DNA of 64,000 bases from Synechococcus sp. (GTDB lineage Bacteria; Cyanobacteriota; Cyanobacteriia; PCC-6307; Cyanobiaceae), in NCBI GenBank assembly GCA_047285805.1, contig JBJBCN010000003.1:672001-736000 (forward strand). The letters are read 5' to 3'. The notes beneath the pieces were generated by a model. That model was not told where the DNA came from and made no database searches. It was given only the letters and a program-made list of their open reading frames with translations. Positions 18,675 through 29,897 of the stretch are shown one piece after another; position 1 is the stretch's first letter, and each line of letters begins with the position of its first letter. Both the position numbers and the translations under genes were made by a program.

Positions 18675-18862
18675 CCATCCCACCACGCTATGCACACAAC
18701 GTTGTTGCATTTAAAAAGCAGGAAGGTCCAACCCTTCTTGTGCGTTGTCAGTGCGATCTGTGTGCAAACGATAAGCAATCAACTTATCTGCATAGCCTGC
18801 GACTAATGATCGAACTGCAGCAATTGGATGCTGATAAGTTCTCATTGCGAAGAGCAGCCTGA
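18671..18862 (+). CDS. small hypothetical protein with CxCxxC (63 aa)
   Basis: ATGA translational coupling; RCQCDLC. Confidence 0.65.
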   Translation: MTIPPRYAHNVVAFKKQEGPTLLVRCQCDLCANDKQSTYLHSLRLMIELQQLDADKFSLRRAA

Positions 18863-18965
18863 TGGACGAATCTGCAGGCTTTGATTTGGTATTGGGTTGA
18901 ACTAATGTAAAGACTGAGACCATTGCCAATAGACGCAGGCTTAAGCTGCAAAAAGCCGTTTATCT

Positions 18966-19400
18966 ATGATGTATCTAGCCCAGAATGCAAGTCATTGCTC
19001 GACTAACTACCTTGAGTTCTCCTTATATCTGGATCAGAAACTACGGGAATGTGCTCTCAATATTGAGAAGCAGGCAAAAGAGAAAGAGCATATCAGCAAT
19101 GTCCAAGTAAATACTAAAAAAGAAATGGAGGAGCACGAGAAAGTCGCTCCTGAAGTCGTTCACGTGAAGGTCTCTCGGCCCTTTGATAAGTCCTTGGCTG
19201 CTATAGAAGCGAATGAATGGCTGGAATTCTGTATGTGGCTAGTTGTCCTGAGCATTGAGGCTTATGAAGCCCTGCGCCCATTTCTAAAGACGCTTCAGCC
19301 CAATCGTAATACGAAAGCAGCTCTTTCCCAATTAAGAGGTGAACTTGGCAGGATATTCCGTTTTAATGCACATGTCTATTCCGCAATGCAATCGGCCTAA
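18966..19400 (+). CDS. hypothetical protein
   Basis: 144-aa ORF in AT-rich DNA; start uncertain. Confidence 0.5.
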   Translation: MMYLAQNASHCSTNYLEFSLYLDQKLRECALNIEKQAKEKEHISNVQVNTKKEMEEHEKVAPEVVHVKVSRPFDKSLAAIEANEWLEFCMWLVVLSIEAYEALRPFLKTLQPNRNTKAALSQLRGELGRIFRFNAHVYSAMQSA

Positions 19401-19485
19401 TGGACGACTTCTCAAGCCTTTGGCTGCTACTTGCTTTTATGCCTGTGATCTATGTCATGGCATTCGTACAACGACTGGCAAAGAA

Positions 19486-20559
19486 CTAGAAGTCTTGCAT
19501 TAATGGGTTAGGGGTCTTATCCCTGTACAACTCTGGAAAGTTGAGCCTGTGTTGTTCCAGTCCATACGCAAGAACTGCAGCCATGTCCTCCTTAAATGGA
19601 CTGGCTCCTAATGCAGCTCGGCGAAGGTGATACTCACGATTGCGAGGATCAACTTGAGGGTCGCTCAGGCCATCTTGTACTGCTTTTGTTGCCGCTTGGG
19701 GTTGCTCTACTGACGATTCTTGTTTGGATTGTTGCAGTGCAGAGTTCTGCTGCTTGAACTGACGAACAAGTTTCTCCTGTTCCTCAAGGTTTTGCGCTGA
19801 GCGAAGTTGTCGCATTTGTTTTTGGTTGAATTGGGATAGAAGTGATTCTTGAGCAGAGCCAAAACGTGGGTTTGGCTTATTCATGTCCGCAATCCGCTTA
19901 CGCATTACATCAATCTGTGTTTGGATTTCTTCGGTACTTGGTTGCAGTCCTTGTTGTCGTTGTTGCTCTACATCCTTTTTGACTTGAGCAAATATCTCTT
20001 GCCATTCATCAAATGTGAGTCCATCTCTGTCGCCAAAGATCGCTTCAGACCCTGCATAAAGACCACGAGCAAGTTTTTCTGCTAACCAGCCAATGGCAGG
20101 TTGTGCTGCCTGTTCAATCGCCATTGCAGCGCCAGCAGCAGCGAGGTTGGCACCGACGGCAGGTATAGGAGCAAGACGAACAGCACCACCCTTGGTGACT
20201 AGCTGCATCTTCATAGGTTGTGGCTGAGGTACAGATGGTGCTGAGAACGTCCCAGAAGGCTTCAGAGACGCTCCTGCACCCTCGCCTAATGCCTGACGCT
20301 GTACAGCGCCCATAGCAGCCTGCTGACGCGCTTGTGCAGCACGGAGTTGATTCTTGTTGGTAGTCGCATCAGGTTTGTCGATGTACCTGGTGTTCGGGTT
20401 GTTCTGTTCTTTGATCTGTCGTGCTGCTTCACGACCAGGATCGGTAGATGATTGTGATGAATGTGCACTTGGACCTTGGATTAGTTCTGTCTGTACCGCA
20501 GACGCAGCAGTAGTACTCGGACGCATACCGCGCCTGTGTTGGTATTTGTTTTTAGGCAT
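19486..20559 (-). CDS. Gln/Ala-rich protein with hydrophobic segment and coiled coils (possible DNA pilot/ejection protein)
   Basis: 357-aa ORF with no Cys, an Ala/Gly segment PIPAVGANLAAAGAAMAIE, then Gln-rich helices. Function is inferred. Confidence 0.75.
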   Translation of the reverse strand: MPKNKYQHRRGMRPSTTAASAVQTELIQGPSAHSSQSSTDPGREAARQIKEQNNPNTRYIDKPDATTNKNQLRAAQARQQAAMGAVQRQALGEGAGASLKPSGTFSAPSVPQPQPMKMQLVTKGGAVRLAPIPAVGANLAAAGAAMAIEQAAQPAIGWLAEKLARGLYAGSEAIFGDRDGLTFDEWQEIFAQVKKDVEQQRQQGLQPSTEEIQTQIDVMRKRIADMNKPNPRFGSAQESLLSQFNQKQMRQLRSAQNLEEQEKLVRQFKQQNSALQQSKQESSVEQPQAATKAVQDGLSDPQVDPRNREYHLRRAALGASPFKEDMAAVLAYGLEQHRLNFPELYRDKTPNPLMQDF

Positions 20560-20588
20560 TGTCTAATTGTTATTACCTGTAATTGATC

Positions 20589-20627
20589 AAAAGAAAAAGC
20601 CCACCGGTTTGATCAGAACCGGCAGGC
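20589..20627 (-). terminator. intrinsic terminator downstream of the integrase
   Basis: GCC-CA-CCGGTT/AACCGG-CA-GGC stem followed by TTTTTCTTTT on the minus strand. Confidence 0.65.
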
Positions 20628-20725
20628 AAGGACTGGCGATGGAATCAAACCACCGAAGCAACTAACTAATTGCTTCTACTTCAGTTCAGTCATTGGTAAG
20701 TGTTTTCTTATTTGTGCGTCCTTGA

Positions 20726-22174
20726 TTACTGCGTCCACTCAAGGTGGTCTTCTGCTTTCTTAAGCGACTTCCTACCCTTTCCGAGAATCTCGGTTGCTTC
20801 ATCGGCACGGTAGTGGAAGTAATGATCTTCGATGTACTGCATACTTGTATCTGTATTGGCAGCAAGTACGGGTAGCGGTGTTCCCGCTTTAAGTCGCATC
20901 GTGATGTGCGTATGGCGGAATGAATACCACGTGATGTTCTTCCCCGACTTCATGTCAACCTTGCGGCAACTATTGGAATCATCTTCACTCCAGTCAGCAA
21001 GACGTGCTTCGACTAATGCTTCACAGAATCCATCACGCCTTATGCGTTCACTGAACATCCGTCCATCACGTTGATTGCAAAAGATGTAGTCATCCTTTTT
21101 GCTGTGCTTGGTGACTTCCCGAATCTTTTCAAGGTGTGCAGCAATAGGCGCTGAGATTCTGTAGTACCTACCAGTCTTAGTGTTTTCAGGTGGTACTTCG
21201 ATGATGATCCACGTCTTCCTTTCTGCCTTGGGAATGGATGTGTTTTCGGAGATGTGTTTCCACTGCACTTTCCACAATGAACCGGGTCTTATTCCCGTAT
21301 CCATCATGATCCGCATTGCGTAGTAGAGAAGTTTGCGGTGGATAAGTTGGTTCGTACTGCGCTCACCTTTCCCAGTCACTTTCTGCTTGGTGACATATGA
21401 AGAACCTTTCTTCAAAGGCTCACCATCACTGTCTAGTTGCCGCTCTAGCCCGTTGATCCAGTAGAGGCGAGAGGCGCGTTCTAGTTCCAGCCATTCGCGC
21501 TCTGTAAGGTCATCCCTGCGGTGCTTCTTATCCTTCGGTAGCTTGATGCTGGGTATCTGAGGAAGGCTGTCGCGTGAGACATAGCCCTGAGCTATACCAA
21601 CCTCATCAAAAGCTCTCTTGAGCGTTGACATTTCTTGGAGGATTGTTGTCTGTACTGGAATCTGTTTGCCGAACTCCAGTGCTCTTTCTTTCCTCCACGT
21701 CTCATAGTTCAGGAACGCCGAGCGTTTGAACTTATGAATAATCTTCTTATCGTCACCGACATAATCACGAACCCAGCGTAGTTGAGTCTCAAGTAAGCGA
21801 TACCTGGCGGCAGAGATTCCCTGGTGTGGGATAGAACTTATCTTCTTCTTTTCCTTTGAAAGGAACTCCTTGCACATATTTCCGAATCCCAGTGAGCGTA
21901 TTGCTTCGCCTCTATCAGCCTTAGCCTTTAGTTCCATGTACATGGCTAACCCAAGCATCCAAGCCTGCTCTTGGGTTTCACTAATAGGTTCTGGTGCTAC
22001 GCCGTTGTGATCCTTGAGCGCAAACCTATGCCTTGTGCCAGCAAAGCGATCGTAAAAATACAGATGCCATCTACCACCCTTGTCTCCACGCCGATAGACA
22101 TAGGAGTAGGGATCAGTAGGAATGTCCTTTCTATCAAGGACGTTCTGTGTTTTCCGCAGTGCTGCGGCAGGCAT
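20726..22174 (-). CDS. tyrosine recombinase / phage-type integrase
   Basis: DTGIRPG (R), TKTG (K), YSFRHT (HxxR variant), IEDHY (catalytic Y); N-terminal arm-binding-like segment YVYRR..GGRWHLYFY. Confidence 0.95.
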   Translation of the reverse strand: MPAAALRKTQNVLDRKDIPTDPYSYVYRRGDKGGRWHLYFYDRFAGTRHRFALKDHNGVAPEPISETQEQAWMLGLAMYMELKAKADRGEAIRSLGFGNMCKEFLSKEKKKISSIPHQGISAARYRLLETQLRWVRDYVGDDKKIIHKFKRSAFLNYETWRKERALEFGKQIPVQTTILQEMSTLKRAFDEVGIAQGYVSRDSLPQIPSIKLPKDKKHRRDDLTEREWLELERASRLYWINGLERQLDSDGEPLKKGSSYVTKQKVTGKGERSTNQLIHRKLLYYAMRIMMDTGIRPGSLWKVQWKHISENTSIPKAERKTWIIIEVPPENTKTGRYYRISAPIAAHLEKIREVTKHSKKDDYIFCNQRDGRMFSERIRRDGFCEALVEARLADWSEDDSNSCRKVDMKSGKNITWYSFRHTHITMRLKAGTPLPVLAANTDTSMQYIEDHYFHYRADEATEILGKGRKSLKKAEDHLEWTQ

Positions 22175-22177
22175 TTG

Positions 22178-22259
22178 GGTAACGCTTTGGTAACACCAGC
22201 ACCATCACCACAGCGTTTTTACGTGATGACTGTTCTAGGTAACACCAGGGTAACACCAG
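22178..22259 (+). promoter_or_regulatory. putative integrase arm-type sites (right arm)
   Basis: GGTAAC at 22178, 22189, 22238 and 22249; GGTAACACCAG is exact three times. Confidence 0.75.
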
Positions 22260-22320
22260 TGCTGTCGGAGCGCAACCCTGTCATAGCAAGGGGTCTGGCC
22301 GCAACATGCATGTACGTATC

Positions 22321-22337
22321 CATCAACGCCGACTACA
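22321..22337 (+). repeat. right att core with displaced argJ 3' end
   Basis: Identical to 14334-14350 and continues TG ACC TAA, reading INADYMT*. Confidence 0.93.
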
Positions 22338-22349
22338 TGACCTAAAGCC

Positions 22350-22886
22350 ATGCCTACGATCAAACACCATCGACCAGTTGAGATGGCTAAGGCCGGAGCA
22401 CCCCATAAGCTGGCTCCGAGTGGTCTCCCCCGGATCTGGATGGGTCCGTTGGTGGCAGGGGTCAGCTTCGCTTTGGCCTATGGGATCACCCACCGCCTGA
22501 GCGCCATCAACCTGGGCGATTTCATTCGCCTGAGCCCTCGTTTTGAGCAAAAGCAGACCCCTGGGGTGAGCCTCAAGGACATGCGCTTGCGTTACGGCGA
22601 ACAGCCGTCGGAACTGCGTTCCGATCTCGATCCCCAGCAGTTGGAGCTGTTGCGCAAGGCTGAGGAGCATGCCGAAGCGCTCGAGAAGGCCAAGGCGGAT
22701 GCCGAAGCCAAAGCCGAGCGTGAAGCCGCCGGCCAGGCCGCTCCGCCGAAGCCCGCTCAATCCGCCAAGCCAGCAACCAACCAGGCCGAAGAGCCACCGG
22801 TTGCGCCAAAGCCCCAATTGCAGACCCCTGCACCCAACAGGCCGCAGTCATCGGTTCCTCTCTTGGACTTGCCTCCCCTTCAGTAG
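22350..22886 (+). CDS. hypothetical protein, one TM helix and Pro/Ala-rich tail
   Basis: WMGPLVAGVSFALAYGIT; GC returns to host level; start uncertain. Confidence 0.7.
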   Translation: MPTIKHHRPVEMAKAGAPHKLAPSGLPRIWMGPLVAGVSFALAYGITHRLSAINLGDFIRLSPRFEQKQTPGVSLKDMRLRYGEQPSELRSDLDPQQLELLRKAEEHAEALEKAKADAEAKAEREAAGQAAPPKPAQSAKPATNQAEEPPVAPKPQLQTPAPNRPQSSVPLLDLPPLQ

Positions 22887-22928
22887 CTCCGATCTGCCAC
22901 GATTTGGGTGACTCTCGAGCGGTCCGCC

Positions 22929-23243
22929 ATGAGTGAGCCTCAGACCCTTGTTCAGGCGGCCCTTAATCGTCTGAGTGCCCGCCTGGGAAGCGGTCTTGCG
23001 GATGCCGCTGCTGGCCTTACGGTCCTGGCCCAAGACGCCCCCGACCGTTTGCGCCAGGAGTGGGACCTTTTTAAAGAAGAGGTGGAGCTCGAAGCCCAAC
23101 GGCTCGAGCATGGCGAGCAGGAGGTGCCGGCGGCGGAGTCCGTCATGGCCTCGTCTTCTCCACCGCTAGATCCCCAGCAACAGATCGATCAGCTCCGCGC
23201 CCAGGTCACTCGCTTGGCCCGCCGCCTCGAGGGGCCCGCTTGA
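22929..23243 (+). CDS. conserved hypothetical protein
   Basis: Helical ORF whose stop overlaps the start of the ABC1 kinase. Confidence 0.75.
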   Translation: MSEPQTLVQAALNRLSARLGSGLADAAAGLTVLAQDAPDRLRQEWDLFKEEVELEAQRLEHGEQEVPAAESVMASSSPPLDPQQQIDQLRAQVTRLARRLEGPA

Positions 23244-24910
23244 TGAGCCGCCTTGGACCTGCACTGGTGAGCGCGCTTCGCTCCCTGCGGATCTGGTCTG
23301 CCGTTCTTCAGCTCCTGCTGTTTCTTTGGTGGGATGCTCAATCCTGGAGTTATCCCGGCGGTGTCACCCAGGATCGGCAAGAGCTCCGCCAGCGGCGCCG
23401 TGCCCGCTGGCTGACGACCCAGTTGCTCGCGTTGGGGTCGGCGTTCATCAAGTTGGGTCAGTTGCTCTCGGCCAGGCCGGATGTCTTGCCGGCCAGTTGG
23501 GTCGCGGAACTTTCCAGCCTTCAGGACAGCGTCCCGGCCTTCTCCTTTGATACGGCACAGTCTCTTCTGGAGCAGGAGCTCGGTGAGCGCTGTGCCGAGA
23601 TCATCGATATCGAAGAGCAGCCCCTCGGCGCCGCCAGTCTGGCTCAGGTGCATCGAGCCAGCCTCCGCAGTGGCCGGCAGGTGGTCTTCAAGATCCAACG
23701 GCCTGGTTTGGAGCGCCTCTTCCGCCTGGACCTCGAGGTCATGCAACAGGTGGCTGCGGTGCTGCAGCGCCATCCCCAGTGGGGGGTGGGACGCGATTGG
23801 GTCTCCATCGCTCAGGAATGTCGACGCGTGCTGCTGCGGGAGCTCGATTTCCGCCTGGAGGCCGAACATGCCGCCCGTTTCCGCCAGCAATTTCTGGATG
23901 ATGCGGGCATTCGAATTCCAGCGGTCGTCTGGGAACTCACCACCCGCCGGGTGCTCTGCCTCGACTATGTGCCCGGGATCAAGATCAACGACCGCCAGGC
24001 CCTGATTGAGGCCGGCATCGATCCCTCAGCCGTCGCCGAAAAAGGCGCAGCCAGCTACCTGCAGCAGCTGGTGTGCTTTGGATTCTTCCATGCCGATCCC
24101 CACCCTGGGAATTTAGCTGTAGCCCGTGATGGCGCTCTCATCTACTACGACTTCGGCATGGTCGGCACCTTGTCTCAGCGTCTGCGTAGTCGTCTGGGCC
24201 GGATGGTGACCGCCGCCGCCGCTCGGGACGCGTCGAGCCTCGTGTGTGAACTCCAGGCCGCCGGTGTCATCGCCACCGAAATTGATCCGGGCCCGGTACG
24301 CCGCATGGTGCGCGTGATGCTCGCGGAGGCCCTCACGCCGCCGTTCTCCCCCAATATCCTCGACAAACTCTCCGGCGATCTCTACGACTTGGTCTACGGG
24401 CAGCCTTTCCGTCTGCCCCCGGAGCTGATCTTCGTGATGCGGGCCCTCTCCACCTTTGAGGGGGTCGGCCGCAGCCTGGATCCCAGCTTTAGCCTCGTGG
24501 CCATCGCCCGTCCCTATCTGCTTCCGCTCATGACCGCCAGTGGCAACGGACCCAACGATCTCTTCAATCAGTTGGGGCGTCAGGCCGTCGAAGTCGGGAG
24601 CCGTGCCTTGGGATTGCCCCAGCGCCTGGAGGACAGCCTTAGCCGGATCGAGCAGGGTGATCTCCAGGTGCAGATTCGCGCCGGTGAAACCGATCGTTTG
24701 CTGCGCCGTCTGGCCCTGAGTCAGCAGAGCGCGGGGCAATCCGTGCTGCTTGGCGCTCTCACCATCGCAGCCGCGATGCTCGCAGTCAGCACCAAGCCGG
24801 CTTTGACCTGCATTCCTGTGGTCGCCGGTGTCCCGGTGGGTCTGAGCTGGTTGAAGCTGCAGGCCCGTCTCAAGCGCGACGCCCGCATCGACAAGCTCGG
24901 CAATTCCTGA
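23240..24910 (+). CDS. ABC1/UbiB/AarF-family kinase
   Basis: FIKLGQLLSARPD, AASLAQVH, KIQRP, FFHADPHPGN, DFGM. Confidence 0.95.
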   Translation: MMSRLGPALVSALRSLRIWSAVLQLLLFLWWDAQSWSYPGGVTQDRQELRQRRRARWLTTQLLALGSAFIKLGQLLSARPDVLPASWVAELSSLQDSVPAFSFDTAQSLLEQELGERCAEIIDIEEQPLGAASLAQVHRASLRSGRQVVFKIQRPGLERLFRLDLEVMQQVAAVLQRHPQWGVGRDWVSIAQECRRVLLRELDFRLEAEHAARFRQQFLDDAGIRIPAVVWELTTRRVLCLDYVPGIKINDRQALIEAGIDPSAVAEKGAASYLQQLVCFGFFHADPHPGNLAVARDGALIYYDFGMVGTLSQRLRSRLGRMVTAAAARDASSLVCELQAAGVIATEIDPGPVRRMVRVMLAEALTPPFSPNILDKLSGDLYDLVYGQPFRLPPELIFVMRALSTFEGVGRSLDPSFSLVAIARPYLLPLMTASGNGPNDLFNQLGRQAVEVGSRALGLPQRLEDSLSRIEQGDLQVQIRAGETDRLLRRLALSQQSAGQSVLLGALTIAAAMLAVSTKPALTCIPVVAGVPVGLSWLKLQARLKRDARIDKLGNS

Positions 24911-24921
24911 GCGACACCCAT

Positions 24922-24952
24922 AAAAAAATCCCGGGACCGTGGCCCCGGGATT
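24922..24952 (-). terminator. intrinsic terminator after eno
   Basis: AATCCCGGG/CCCGGGATT stem with an A tract on the plus side. Confidence 0.75.
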
Positions 24953-24968
24953 GCTGTTTTTACAGGGC

Positions 24969-26776
<1,808 letters not shown>

Positions 26777-26787
<11 letters not shown>

Positions 26788-29500
26788 TTCCTACGCCGCT
26801 GGCGCTGGCCTCGACAGCCTCACCACGGTTCCTGATCGCTTCAGCGATGCCGCTTGGGACCTGATGCTGGCCAGCCAGGAGCAGACCAGGCGCTGGCGTC
26901 ACGGTGAGATGAACGTGGAGCACCTTCTTCAGGTGCTGCTCAATGACGAGCGCTACGGCGCCTGGGTGGACCCCCTGCCGCTCGATGCCTCCCGCCTGCT
27001 CGATCAGCTGGACGACTTCTGTGCGGATCAACCCACCAGCAGCGCCAGGGATCTCTTCGTCGGCGAGGACTTGGAACTGCTCCTCGAGGAAGCCGATCGC
27101 CAGCGGGGCCAGTGGGGCTCTCGCTTCATCGATGTTCCCCATCTTTTGGCGGCCCTCCTGGACGATCGCCGCATCGCGGGCGCCCTCCTGCAACAGCAGG
27201 GGATGACCCCTGAGGACCTGCGTAGCGCTGGCCCCAGGCCGGCTCCTGCTCCCAGCGCTCCGCCGGCTCCTGTCGTGGAGCCCGCTGCTCCCCAGCGCCC
27301 TTCCGTCTTCAGCACTCCCCCGAGCGAACCCTCCGTCCCTGAGAACGGCCTCAAACTGGAGCAGGAGCCGGCTGCCCTCGAAGAGTTCGGCCGGGACCTC
27401 ACGGCGGCCGCCCGGGCGGGTGATCTCGATCCAGTCATCGGCCGCGACACCGAAATTCGGCGCCTGATGCAGGTGCTCTCCCGCCGAGGCAAGAACAACC
27501 CGGTCCTAATCGGCGAGCCCGGCGTGGGTAAGACCGCCATCGCCGAGCTGCTGGCCCAAAGGATCGTGGCGGGTGAAGTGCCCGACGCCCTTAAGGGGCA
27601 GCGCCTGGTCTCCCTGGATCTGGGGGCCTTAATCGCGGGCGCCAAGTTCCGCGGTCAATTTGAAGAGCGCCTGCGCAGCGTGCTCAAGGAGGTGCGCGAG
27701 GCCGAGGGCGCCGAGGCGGGTGGCGTGATCCTCTTTATCGACGAGCTCCACAACGTCGTGGGGCCCGAGCGCTCCAACAGCGACGCCGGCAGCATCCTCA
27801 AACCGGCGCTGGCCCGGGGTGATCTGCGCTGCATCGGCGCCACGACCCCGGAGGAGTACAGCCGCACCGTTGAGAAGGACCCTGCGCTGAACCGGCGCTT
27901 CCAGCAGGTCCTTATCAAGGAGCCGAGCCTGGAGGAGAGCACCCTGATCCTGCGGGGGCTGAAGGAGCGCTACGAGCTCCACCACGGGGTGGCGATCACC
28001 GATGGCGCCGTCGTGGCCTCAGCCCGCCTCGCGGATCGCTATATCTCCGATCGCTGCCTGCCTGATTCCGCCATCGATCTCATCGATGAGGCCGCTGCCC
28101 AGTTGCGGATGGAGGTCACCTCCAAGCCGCGTCTCGTAGAGGAAGCCGAGAGCGACCTGCGCCGGGTGGAGTTGGCCCTGCTCTCCGCTGAGAGTGCCCC
28201 GGAAGCCGAACGGGTCGCGTTGCAGCAACAGCGCCGCCAGGTGAGCGAGAGGCTGCAGTCCCTGCAGGAGCGTTGGTCTGCGGAGCGCGAGCAGTTGGCG
28301 GAGTTGCGTCAGCTCCTTGCCGATGACGAGGCCCTACGCCTGCAGATCGCCGAGGCCGAACGGGATGGCGATCTTGAGGAGGCGGCCCGGCTGCAATACG
28401 ACCAACTCCATGGCGTGCAGCAGCGCCGCAACGAATTGGAGGATCAACTCCAAGCGAGTCAGCAGAGCGGACAGTCCCTGCTGCGGGAACAGGTGGAAGA
28501 GGGGGATATCGCCGATGTGGTGGCCCGCTGGACCGGGATTCCGGTGCAGCGCCTGATGGCGGGTGAGCGCCAGAAGCTGCTGGAGCTTGAGCAGCGCCTG
28601 GCGGAGCGGGTGATCGGCCAAGGGGAGCCCGTGGGGGCGGTGGCCGCGGCGATCCGTCGCGCCCGCGCCGGCATGAAGGATCCCCGCCGTCCTGTCGGTT
28701 CCTTCCTCTTCCTCGGCCCCACCGGTGTGGGCAAGACTGAACTCGCCAAGGCCCTGGCGGCCTCCCTCTTCGATGAGGAAGAAGCCCTGGTGCGCTTGGA
28801 CATGAGCGAGTTCATGGAGCGCAATGCCGTGGCCCGGCTGCTCGGTGCACCTCCGGGATACGTCGGTTACGAGGAAGGAGGCCAGCTCACCGAGGCGGTG
28901 CGCCGCCGTCCCTACGCGGTTCTGCTGCTTGATGAGGTGGAGAAGGCCCACCCGGATGTTTTCAACGTGCTCCTGCAGGTGCTCGATGAAGGCCGCCTGA
29001 CCGATTCCCAGGGCCGCACGGTCGACTTCCGCCACACCGTGGTGGTGATGACCAGCAACCTGGCCAGCCGGGCGATCCTGGATGCTGCCCGCGGCCAGGC
29101 TGATGCGGCGGCCTTGGAAGAGCAGGTGGAGCGCGCCCTCGCCAGTCAGTTCCGGCCAGAATTCCTGAACCGGATTGATGAAGTGATCCGCTTCCAGCCT
29201 TTGGGGCCGGCCGACCTGCAGCGGATCGTGCGTCTACAAGTGCTGGAGTTGGCCCAGTTGCTCCAGGAGCAGGGGTTGGCTCTGCAGGTGGACGAGCCGG
29301 TCGTGGCTTGGCTGGCGGAGCAGGGGTACGAACCGGAATACGGGGCCCGGCCTCTGCGCCGGCTCCTGCGGCGTCAGATCGAGAACCCCTTGGCGACCGA
29401 GTTGCTCGAGGAGCGCTTCCTGGGTGCTGCCGCCGTTCAGGTCAGCCTGGGCGAGGGCGGCCAATCGCTCTGCTTCAAACCCATCGCAGGCCCTGAATAG
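26777..29500 (+). CDS. clpB: ClpB-family AAA+ chaperone
   Basis: Two Walker A motifs ([16 protein letters not shown]), coiled-coil middle domain, GAPPGYVGY. Confidence 0.92.
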
Positions 29501-29594
29501 GACATCCGTTAGTGTGTTTGTTTGCCGGCGCGTGGGCTCAAACGCCGCGCGGCCCGCTGAAGGCTCAGCAGGCTTCATGTTCTGTCCATGAGGC

Positions 29595-29861
29595 TTGACC
29601 CTGATTTCCCCTGTGGAATCTTCATCCGTGGAATCCCAGACCGAACCACAAGTCAAGTCCGACGAGACTGTCGCCACGGAGCCGGTGAAGACCGGCTTTG
29701 TGGCGGACACCGTCGCTGAGTTGCGCAAGGTGGTTTGGCCGAGCCGTCAGCAGCTGTTTGGTGAATCAGTCGCGGTGATCTTGATGGTCACCATCTCGGC
29801 CTTTGCGATCGCCGCCGTCGATCGCTTCTACGGCTGGGGAAGCTCCCAGGTGTTCCGCTGA
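29595..29861 (+). CDS. secE: preprotein translocase SecE
   Basis: ELRKVVWPSR plus a TM helix; upstream of nusG. Confidence 0.92.
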   Translation: MTLISPVESSSVESQTEPQVKSDETVATEPVKTGFVADTVAELRKVVWPSRQQLFGESVAVILMVTISAFAIAAVDRFYGWGSSQVFR

Positions 29862-29897
29862 CCCGCTGAATCGTTCGCCCTCTTTATTCCTTTGCCC

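Larger units (their letters stand above)
14334..22337. mobile_element. ~8-kb tyrosine-integrase integrative element inserted in the argJ 3' end
   Basis: Flanking 17-bp direct repeat CATCAACGCCGACTACA, integrase next to the right repeat, abrupt drop in GC (judged by eye), orphan genes. Confidence 0.95.

Noticed and set aside
22178..22259. Mini CRISPR array
   Set aside because: Repeats are only 6-11 bp, lack regular spacers, and no cas genes are present; the position fits arm sites.
14334..22337. Complete prophage, ICE or known defence island
   Set aside because: No recognisable capsid, terminase, tail, T4SS, relaxase, nuclease or methylase motifs; remote homology cannot be excluded by eye.
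21971..22345. 124-aa plus-strand ORF ending YVSINADYMT
   Set aside because: It is antisense to the integrase and runs through the right att site; the argJ-like tail is just the duplication.
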